Source of the DNA: Styela clava
Taxonomy: Eukaryota
Assembly (NCBI RefSeq): GCF_964204865.1
Contig: NC_135251.1
Location: forward strand, 17,484,001-17,548,000
Length of the DNA: 64,000 bases
Direction of reading: 5' to 3'
The translations under genes were made by a program, and so were the position numbers. Below the pieces are notes generated by a model. That model searched no databases and was not told the DNA's origin. It was given only the letters and a program-made list of their open reading frames with translations. Positions 11,882-23,800 of the stretch are shown here, piece after piece; positions within the stretch are counted from its first letter, which is position 1, and every line of letters starts with the position of its first letter.

Positions 11882-14800
11882 ATGAAAAGCACGTTTATAT
11901 GGATTATCACTCACTATATTTTGACGGTGAAATTTACGGCCTTTGCCAATATAAACGACACAGGTACGCACTTATTTCTTTTCGTCAAATACTGAATTTC
12001 GGTTAATTAATTTACAGGTAATACAAAGGTCATTCATGCTTCCTCAGTCGATATCTCAGACATTCTCAGGCAATCAATATACCTAAAAAAAATTGAAAAT
12101 ACATTTTATTCTGTGAGCGCCAATTGTATTTTTCATTTTGATCAGAAATACACGAGGTAATAATGATCAAGCCGAGATGTCTTGAAAATGAAACGGTGTT
12201 TCACACATTATTTTGCAATGATAAACTAAAATGCAAAGATGGGATTCCAATACAAGATGTTTATGCTGAGTGGCAAATGTAAGTATATTTCTTTTGTATA
12301 AATGCTCTTGACCTAAGATTATCACGAATTCAGGATATCATATACAATCAGTCCTAACCCGTTCTTGGAATGTTATGACATTAGTCAAATCGCTTCTTGT
12401 TTTTACAGCTATAAGTTCGGTTTTCGAAAATGAGGGAACCCATTCTTTTAGTGAGTTCAATACAAAAGGGAGCCGGTTTTTGAAATTTTAAATTCCATCA
12501 CTGTGTTTAACTGTCATTACTATTTCTGTATTCACATTCCTCCCCATATTGTTCGTTAATTTCCCGTCTACAGATTGAAATTTATAGGCTGGATCTAAGC
12601 TTAAATTGATAATGGAATAGTAAACGAATGCCTTTGTGTAAATAAGTTATTATATTATATTCGGAGGAATTCTTCCATAAAAATCGGTCATTAGATCTTA
12701 TTTTTGTTGTCATAAACATAAAGTGTATCCTAACGTCCCAGAATGTGTCAGTTTGTCCGTAGTGCAAAATCATGTGATCATGATATCCCGTCCGAATCCC
12801 GTCATCTGTGTCTGTGGGCATCAAATCGTTTTAGTATTGAACTATCGTTTTAACGTTTTCCATTAACATATTCACATATTTTCAATATCAGATGCGAATC
12901 GTTGAGGAACAGCAAAACGCAGTATTGTGTGGTAGAAAGAGACGAAATATGCAAAGAGAAAGTCGTATGTTCAAACATGAACCCATGCGATGCAAGATGT
13001 GATTCTCATTATAAATGTCAGGTGAAAGATTCAAACACTTTTGTTCCAAAGAGAGATTCAAAAGTCTCTGGTGCTCTATTTTTAGATTTACTAAATGTTC
13101 TATGAACAGTTTGTTCCATTCATAACTCCCCACGACTTGTGGTATTTATTACTAGGTTTAGTAATAAAAGGGAGATTTTTTTCACTCGTGCTAAAGGTTT
13201 GCTTAGACTGTAGGTGTGAACTATGGCCCCACCGCGTGTTCTACCCCAGTAATATTAAACGTACTTCAGCGGAGTAACCCCACTGACTCCTTCAGACGTC
13301 AAGAAGCACACAATAACGTGTTGTCAAATGTTCGTATATTGCGGAGTTGTACAATCGAATTTAAATCTATTCTAGAGCATACATATTGAAATATACTCTT
13401 AATTAAACCCGAATACGAGGTATGCAGTTGAAATTCAAAACAGCAATTCAACAAAGAGAATATCAAAAACACTATATTCTTAACGCTCGGACAGAGGCCG
13501 GAACAAGTCACAGATCGGTCGATACAAAGAAATCTCAGCATAAAGATAAATCTTTCGCTACGATAACTGAAATGACCTATTTCCATAGAATTTAACATGC
13601 TATTACTACGAAGGTGTTAAATTACACTAAAATCCATAGTTACATTCTACATTCGTTGCAAGACATTCAGTTGACCGGTTTGGGGTTAGGGTTAAATTGG
13701 GAATCTTGAACTCACGCTCACACGACCACCACATTATCTACTAAACGACACAAAATTGAAAAAACGCTATCCTGTCGCTTTAAAATTTCCTACTTTTCAA
13801 TGTGATAATGTAGATACCAATTTAATGTGATGTATTGAAGAATTCAGAATGCAAGCTTCGTAGCACGGTATGCAATAAGAATGCGTGCGATGGTTGCACA
13901 GAAGAAGATCATGAATGGAATAACGGAATCGGATTCAAATGCCGGAGAAATGACGAGGATTGTGTCCTGCCTCAGCAATTAATTCACGATGACATAGCAG
14001 ACTGTGATGGAGGTGCAGATCTATGTTTTGAAGCTCAATATCATCTGAATAATAGTTTAAGGTGAGTCGATATCCTATTTTGAACCTGAATCAAGATGTT
14101 TGATCTCGATATTTCAAATTACGGAAATTGCCGTTCTTTGCAATCACATCACTTCTCCCCCTACATTTGATACAACACAACATCTGAAAGATTTTCGTTC
14201 CTAAATGGAAGTAAGCTGGCCCAGCCATAACTCGCGTGGCTCACTTCGTTCGTATTGTTCGTTCTAAAATGACCATCTTCGCTGTTAATGTTAAATATAA
14301 ACCCCTTTCCAAGTGGCATTGTTTGTCTTTGGATGGCATTGGTTTTGGATCTTTCGAACTTTGGATTTTTTTGTGATATGCATATCACATTTACTTTTGA
14401 GAACATAAAATTCCTTTTTGAAGCACACCTCTACACTTTCAACTGTAATATATTGTGTGATATAAACCATCGATTTGAATAATTATTCGTTATTCGAGTC
14501 ATTTGTATGCTTTAGTTTGTTTATTAATATGACATAAGATTACCAAAAGTAATCAATTAAATAATAACCAAATTGTGAAATTCATACTTACAGGCGCACG
14601 TATTTATTGCACAAATACTTTGTTACTTTTTGTAACAATTAAATGTCTCAACATTTGGATATGACATGTCTGGGATTTTTCTGATTATCATTACGAATAT
14701 ATTCGTGCGATAAAAATTGACGTTTTATAATGACGTGGAATAGTTTAAATATATTCAGATATTTTTAGCACGACATTCACAGGATTTACATATTCCTTCA

Positions 14801-17800
14801 CAAAGATCTTTTTTAAAAATTTAAAATTTTTTTGTATCAAAACTATAAAGTCTAGATTAAAATGTTAAATGATACGGTACTATGTCATACATACTGAGAA
14901 ATGTATGAACTGCGCTGACCTAGCGCAGGAATGGACAACTGGCTCGTCATATTTTCTCGGCGACCTGCCAAGTCAAAGATCATTGCAAAATAAGTGAATA
15001 TTGATGAAAAGGTATATAATGAGGATGGCCCTAATTCCCACCCACGGTAGGTTAGATCTAGCAGCTATGGCGATTTTGCCACCGTTCGTTCTTTTTTTGA
15101 ATTTAATTAAATTCGAGATTCTTACAGTTCGAATGACTTCGTCTTTCCAGTTTGTAAGTTGGAATGATATGATGATAAACTCCCGAGAGATTGCCGTTTG
15201 GAAAACAAAATTTAAGTCCTATAGTAATGTTCACGGTGATCTGAAACATAAATGATGCTGGATGGTATAAGTGATTTTAATAAAGTTGAAAGTCGAAAAT
15301 AGAATTCTCTCGGAGTAGAATTTCCTATCAAACTCATCATTTTTTTTTATGCAATGGTGCCACTCAGATTATTTCAAGATAAAACTGTCTGATCCCCGAG
15401 TCTGCTATAAAATCTCATGAAGTAAAAACAATTTTTGTACAATGAAAATTGATAGAATATGCTTTGTGATATTAATTGTGATATATATCATCATTCATCA
15501 CGAACCGGAAATAATTTGCGTTTCCAACCTTGTATAATGTTAACAATAAAATTTTCGACGGCAATTGATGGATTAATTAAAACGTAAATGCTGCGCACAA
15601 TTGACTGCGTTTCGACTTTAGTGACGGTATAGTCCCCAACGCCGAGCAAATACAATGTGTGCCATAGGCACACGAGATTCTGCTGTTACTACGCCTAGAA
15701 AAGTGTTTTTTATTTGCCGCGGGCCTCCTACAACAAATTGTTTACGGTTTTATTTTTAATATTTTATATTGCCGCTTTTCAATCAAAAAATTTTTGTCGC
15801 CGATTCACTCCTTTATTTGTCTTTAGCAATTCGCCACCAATGAATGTACAATAACTCTCAATGTATTCACAATTCTGTGCGAGTACAAAATCAAAGTATT
15901 TATCAATCACCGTTGTCGTTGCACAATTTTTGTGATGTAGGGAAGTAGGCACTAACGTGAAGGTGTTTACGGCCTAAATAACACGTCACGCTGACAAAAA
16001 CAATCGGCGTTTTAACAAAATGCAATCGCACGCGTTATTGGGGACTTTCTCAAATATCCAAAAATTTCCAAAAAAAGGGGCTGGCTGGCCTGGCTACGCC
16101 ACTGCGTCAGCCTATAGGTTGCATTGCTACGCCTAGTGAAAGCTGTTTTAGCCTAACAATATACACCCATCGCACCATCGTTTGCAATCAGCCCAGTCTA
16201 AACGGCATTTTGCAATCTCGTGCGCGATGAGGACTTACATTTGCGAAAGCACTCTTTCAGTTATAAAAAGACTAAAATCGTTTTATATTTCACTTATTTG
16301 ATTGTTCACTTATTCCTGGCAATATTGTGGTCCGCGAACCATGCAATTTTTTGTGGCTCCAGATTCCGACAACCTTGGACTACCCCGAACCAGAATATGC
16401 CCTAACGTTGATTTTTGTGATAACCATTTTTATAATTCTCAAAAAGTTAAAATAGTTGACGAGTAAAATATCAGGGAAACTTCCGCTAACGTTATAATTA
16501 TATTACCAAGATAAATGTGGTAAAACATGACAACGTAACAGTTATAATTAGGATTAGTTTGCAGTTGTGAGAAACTGCTCTTTTTTGTAGCAGTACTTGA
16601 CATTAGAATAGTTTTGACTAGAAGGATTCCAAACTGTTACCTTTGGCTTCTTTTTGCCCGTCTTGTTTATAATACCGGTGACGAAATGCAGGAAGGTAAA
16701 AGACAAGGATTATATTTTTTGCGGAGAAGATACAACAGCAAGTTTCTCGTAAACATAAAATTGAATAAATCTACGACTCACAATCTTCTTTTTCCTGATT
16801 TAAAATATAATATGTTATGTGACCCATTCGGTAGAAAAAATTGGCAATCCCAGGCCTAGTGGTCAAAATAGTATTAGCATATGACTAATCTCGGGTTCAA
16901 TTACCATACCCATTATCTAACCCAGATTGTAGCTCCTTATATAAAAGTGGCCGATTTTACACAGAGCCTTGTATGTAGTAGAAGGCGTCGAAAAAAGTAA
17001 TAGTAAAAAGTCTTCTCTCGTTTATTAGCCTAAGCCATATACTACATAACATTCAAAACATACATAACAGGAGTACTGAATGAAATATCAAGACACGAAC
17101 AATATTATATTATACACATGATCATAATGTAAAGCACAAACTTTTTTAATAATTTAGAACAGAACATCAACATCGTGAACATCTCAATCTTTTAAAATGT
17201 TTCATGTGCTTGAATGACGTCACCGTGATTGCTTCAACAAGTGTTTGTGACGGAATAATAGATTGTCCGGATCTATCTGACGAATGTCTTTGTGATAAAA
17301 GTCGACCTAGAATTTGCGAACAAGTGATTTCATATGATGAAAATGTGAGAAAATACTGTTTTAGTTTGTATGCGGGGTTCAGGGACAGATTACGACGAAT
17401 GACACTTATCCATGTCAATGATTCCTTATTTTGTGCTGTAATATTGTTTGTACTTGGCTACCCAAAGTCATTTACTTGATATTTCGCATCGTTAAATCTA
17501 ATTAACGTTTTATTAGTTACTGTATGTAAAATTGTATAATTTATTGTTATTTACAGGGATTTATTTCCTTACCTCTGGTTGCATCACCAACTACAGAGAC
17601 CGGACTCACCATGACATGGTATGTAGTGCCACCAACTATGAGTGCTCTCGGGTATTTATATTATGTTTGTATTCCAAAATTCCGAGTACAAGAGTAATTA
17701 ACTTTCTCCTTTAAAAAATATATTCATTGTACTATTGGCAACAAATTGCTTCAGGTCAAAATATAATAGCTTATACAGCATAAATTATTGTGGTGGCGGC

Positions 17801-20800
17801 GTGTGTTGTGAAAGAGAAGAGAAATTTGTGTATCTGTGATCCTGTGTCTGCTTTGGAACAAATGAGTACCTGTGACATTAGTTTTCCTACAGCTGCATTT
17901 ATCCGTTTTTGTACATACGGCTTGGCATTTGAGTAAGTTTTTTGGTAGTACACGTCAGAAAGTAACCTTACTGTGGCGACAGTTCGTTTCAGCAATTACC
18001 TGATATGCAGCATGTGAGTAAGATATCATCGCATTGCAGTTTTACTCAACGCAGAATTATATCACCGAATATTTCATGGGTTCAGTATAGAACTTAAGAA
18101 TGATGTCAAATTTTAGATAAGATTTCTTTGATTCACCTCAAATGCTGCGCGTGACGAAAATGTCATATTCCAAGCGAAACATCCAAGTTGCCAGCCATAG
18201 AAAAATAGCGTTGAGTAACAATGTTAAACCATAGACTTTTATGGGATATTTTTTACCAGATACCTCTTAATACCTTTCAGTCAATCTTCATCTATAGAGT
18301 GCTGGAACAAATATTGCGTGCGAGTTTATTAGTCCCATTACCTATTCCACTTTCTTCCATTTAAGGTTTTCAAGTGGAAAATACACAGATTGTAATGTTG
18401 GTAACGTGATATGCGCAGGGGGAAATTGCATCAATCCAGAGTCAGTTTGTGACGGTACAATAGACTGCCGAGATGATGAAGGGTATAAACGCATATAAAT
18501 TTATTTTGGCTCAATATTTCTTTGCGTCAATAACCACTTTTATCTGTATATAAATTATTTCCACGTTTAGATACGACCATTGTCGTGGAACTGTACCGTG
18601 TTCCGGGGCAATAAAATACGAACAGAAATGCAGGTAGGTTTAAACAATTGGAAGAATTGAAAAAAAAACTTAAATAGAAAATAGTTGTATATAAAGTAAA
18701 TTTGTGAGCGGTCTTTGTACATCTGATTACCGGCTCGAACGTTATGACAGGTCCGAGTTCAGCGGAGATAATTTTGTGCTGGACTCTTCACCACTGTTGG
18801 GTCGTCACGTAGCCGTCACGGCATCGCCTGGTAACCGATAGAGTAACCGTGCTTCGGCATATGATTAAGCCGACTCATCGCTTTCCTCTTCCCTGGGATA
18901 AATATTAAAAATCTCATGTTAGAATACTCTAATCTAAAGAATGACCATGAGGTTTGCTATCGTTGGTAAGGTGCGACACCAACCACAAGGCTTAGTTACT
19001 GGACTAATCTGCGAGCGAGAATCGATAGTTTTATTATTATCGTTTTTCTCTCTGGATTAAGAAATGGTGTCACGCATTAAAATTGCAAAACTAATGCATG
19101 CATAAAGTTGAATATTAACAATATCTTTATTCAGATGTTCTCGCGGTAGTCACACTTGTGTAAATATTCACGGAGTAGCTTGTGACAGTGTGGCAGATTG
19201 CCATATTGGGCCACCTTCTTGGGGTTCTATTATTTCTGCACCTCCTTTTCCTGATGATGAGTGCAGGGCTAGATGCTTTGAAACCTTTACAAATTTTACC
19301 TGTAATCATGATGCAATACATGCAGCAATACAAATGGTAGGGGTAGCAGAGGAATATATCTCATGCGAACATCATTTGGAATTGGATGCCAACGAAAGTA
19401 TAATAATAACCAAGGTAAGCATCGATTTTTGAAGTATATATATATATATTACTTGGTTACTTTGTTCGAAAGATGAGATATCTAATGCAATTTACTCACC
19501 AGATATTGCTGTCAAAATTGGGCAAAAATATCAAAACCGATATATTGGCGTAATCTTATTTATCAATAAATTTGCCTATTATTTTAATAAATACCTATCG
19601 TATCGAGTTCGAATACTCAATTTTTGTATGTAAAAAATATTTCGTATTGTTGTTTAGCATCTGGAAAAGAAGTTTGTCTGTGATGGAAAGCTACATTGTC
19701 CACAGGGCGATGACGAAAAAAATTGTGATAGATTCTTGTGTGATGGGAAAGAGGAAGGTGTTATAAGTATAGAGTTTGACAAGGCACGACAATTCATTTC
19801 TTTGTGTATCTAAACTAAGATTTACTCCACGTCGTCCACTTCGTCTTCTGTCCAAATCTTTGCGATACATCACTTAAGTCCCTATTGTAAACATAATATT
19901 TGTTCAACCCTCATTCTCAAAGTGTAATATCCAGTCCTATTCAAACAGTTATTGGACACGAAATGAACGTAGAGTTCTGCATAACATACCATTTGGGGGT
20001 ATAATTTGCCATGGAGTTCAATTTCTCAAATCATACATAATTTTTTTTGTTTGAAAATCGATCTGTAATATTTCTGAATCAAAATTGCAGTGGAAGGAAA
20101 ATGTAGAATTATATTTTAGAGTGACATATCTTGCATCTTTTTTGTAAAATTTCATTATGAATCATAGTTTTAAAAATAATTCGCTACTATATATATAACT
20201 TTTGTTCGATTTCAAACGGGATTGTTTTCAATTTCCACCGTAAATCGGCTAATATAAACAGCTGGTTTTAGAGCCAGAGAAAATAATTTGAATTCGCTTT
20301 ATTTAAATCATTACACATGCAAAATCATGCGTGTACATGTGAAACAACTCATTGATGATGATGTATTTGAGCAAAGATCTCATATTATTTTAGGTGTGTG
20401 ATGGAATTGAACATTGTAAAAATGGTTCGGATGAATCGATAGAACTTTGTGCGGAAAAGAGATTCCATTGTCCTGCTCTAGGAGGAAAAAAGGTTGATGA
20501 ATTATCTCAATATTACATTTTTAGAGTATTTTGATTACAACCAAACAAAACTTTCAACACATCGTTTTGGCAGTAAACTTTTTCGTCAAGAATTTTCAAT
20601 TCTATAGTTCAGATCAGGGGTGTGCAACCTTTTTCGCAGGCGGGCCAAATATCAATAACTGGGTGAAACCGCGGGCCGCATCTTCACTTAACATGGGCTT
20701 TCTATTAGTTGCATGCACAAAATAGAGTCTTTTTGTTATTGAACTCATGTCGTCATCATAAAAGGTTCTTGCAGGAATAATGAGTTAAAACGCATTAATT

Positions 20801-23800
20801 TCTTAAAACTATAATTCAAATATATTGTCACACCCAATTTAAACAAAATCAATGAGAAATTTGCTGCTGGATTCTTTTCCCAACTACTTTTATCCAAATT
20901 TGCTTAAAAGGAAGTGCTAGCAATTCGATATAACGTCCATTTTAGTAAAAAATATGTAACCCAAAAGTGCCATGTTTGAAGCCATGACTTTTTTCAAATG
21001 TGGAAAGTTGTCTTGGTTGAGATGTTTTCGGTATAATACGCCAAGAGTCATTTCCAAATACTTTGCTGTCAAATCTTATTCTAGATCATTCAGCTTTTGT
21101 ATCTCATTTTTATCTTAATATTGAATTTTTTCAAACTGCTTTCCAGTTGCCTAATCTTCAATTGCCCGTTGTAATAAATTCATTAGCGTCTGCTCCGTAT
21201 TTTCATTTAAATGTTCGCTGCTCGGCAAGTGACAGCTTTGTGAATCGTGTTGTTCGCTTCGATGCTAGGACGTTGTAAAGTCATAGACATAGATAATAAA
21301 TTGGACTCGAATATAAGCTTTGCAGCGCAAAGGGAAACATATCAAACTAAATTAAAAAATAGTTTAGCTGACCACACACCCTTCAAAATTTGCACTTCTC
21401 CGCGGGCCGCACGATTTCCCCTCGCGGGCCGCATTTGGCCCGCGGGCCGCACTTTGCACACCCCTGGTTTAGATCATGTTTTACAGATATTTATGTATTA
21501 GCTTGCCACTGATAAACGCCGAGATATCATTATCTACCAAGCATCGGCATTAAATCTAAATAACATGATTTATAATCAAACTTATTCGTGTCAGCTATAG
21601 GGAGTACAAAATCTGACATAAAACCTTTATATCAGACGTGGTGCATTTGAATAACGCATTTAAGGTTACTTTGTCCTTGGGCCGAATCATTTCATGCATG
21701 ACTATGGTTCCACTACTATGTTGTTACCGCGATAAACGCTTACTACAGCATCACTGCTTTCTATTCAAAAGGAATTATGGAGCAATAAAAACCTGATATT
21801 GCTAATTAAGCAATATTGTTTGACTAAACCCTGTGGATATTTTTATTTATTTTACATTTTTTGTAACAAGGTTATATTGTTGTTACTGTTTTAATAGATC
21901 CATCACTATTAAATTGTGTACCCTCCATCTGTTGTTTATGTCCAACTAATTTTATTTAAAATATTACATTCGAAGGTTAGCATCGATGTTGGATTGAAAT
22001 GCGATTTTTTGATAGCTTGCGATGATGCAACAGATGAAATGAACTGCACTGATGGCCGATTTTACTGCGAAAATAAAAAGCCATTATTTGTTCTGGCAAA
22101 GCAGGTAAAATATATGAAAACGATAAGACAGTAAAGCAACTATGTATTGAGCCTGTTGGAAATGGGTAACTAATTGCATGGGTCGTAACCGCACAAAATT
22201 AGGATTTGTCATGAGTCTCATAAATCTGCTGATCTTTTATCATCAAGATAAAATAGAAAGTCTAATCTTTATAAAATGTGTCGAGAAATGGTTCTGAATC
22301 ATAAATATCCATGCAATGTATTTCCATGAAAGTTTCCAAAATCACTTAAAACATGAAACGCGGCTGATTGACGCGACGTTATTTAGAAATTATGGATAAC
22401 CGTTGGCACAGAACTTAAACCACTCGATATGTCAACTGTGCTAGGCGAATTCAAATTGATTGATTATTGATAAAATTGACTGATTTAGTAGAGTTAGCGT
22501 CAATTCTTAGCATAAAATTCGAAGTCGATTTATATAAATTAGTTGATATATTATCCGTTTTTGTAAGTTTATTTTATATTCCGGCTGTAGCACATAAGTT
22601 CTTCAAAAGCATTTTTCATATTTGGCGATGCATTTTCAGAAATTTGATGGACGTGGTGACTGCACAGATTGGAGTGATGAATGTCCAACTATTGACCAAT
22701 CAACTTCAACTGATGGTTTTTCGTCAAGATATGAACTCATTGCAAATCCCATATTGCGGGCTGTTGTGTGGATCATGGGGTTGTTATCTCTTGGTGGAAA
22801 TGGGGTATGTATTTGTCTATATGTACAAATAATTGAGAAAACAGAGAAGAACCTAAAATTAAATTCAAACAAAAACGTATTGATCATTAAATGAATTGCA
22901 CTCGTGAAGTTGTAGAACTCGCAAGTATATACTTCAGTTAAGTTCAGTTAAGAAATATTCCATCTTGACTTTTCTCATTGTCTAGGTTGTTATTTTTCAT
23001 GAAACGAGAAGACTGAGGAATAGCAACAGAAAATTGACAGCCATCGTAATAGCAAATAGATTGCTGATTTTAAATCTGGCCTTCTCTGACGTCATCATGG
23101 GAATATATCTTCTATCGCTAGGGATTGCTGGCCTCGCTATGCAGGTATAAAAACACTTTGCCAATACTAAACCAAAATAAGTCTTTACCCCAATATAATA
23201 TGTATCATCAAGTATTTATCTGATATTATCGACATTTAATTTACAGGGCGTATACTGTTCTAAAGACTTAATTTGGAGATCAAGTACAGCATGCACGACA
23301 TTGGGAATTTTATCGGTTATTTCAAGTGAAACCTCGGTTATAACAATGGTTTTGCTGACTAGCTGTCGGCTTTACGCGATTTTTAAAGTGAGCATTATAA
23401 TTTTCTCATGATATATGAATTCGACTGGAGAAATCCAAAGTTATCCTAATCAGATTTAAGTTTGTTGTACGTTGACTAATTACTATATTTATTCATTCCC
23501 AGCCATTCAAATCATCTCGTCACCCCAAAATGAAAATAGTGTCTTTTATGATCCTGATAGCTTGGACGATATCATTTTTAATCGCCATACTACCGCTTTC
23601 TTCACATTTGTCTGGAATGTTTGTCAGTCATGCAGAATTTGAATATTCTCCGTACTCCTCAAACGCAACAGTCACCTTGGATGAGACTAAATCACTTTTT
23701 ACAAGGCTGCTGACATATGACCTCAAGCCCAACATGACGTTTCCAGGTAAGTTGCCTTGTTATCCCGCCGAGAGAACAAGCTTACGTTTGGTATTTGAAG

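Noticed and set aside
15335-16435. Non-aligning intron 4 blocks in B and C (C ~37640-38560) with hAT-like fragments
   Set aside because: Probably old TE debris, but paired TIRs and TSDs could not be defined.
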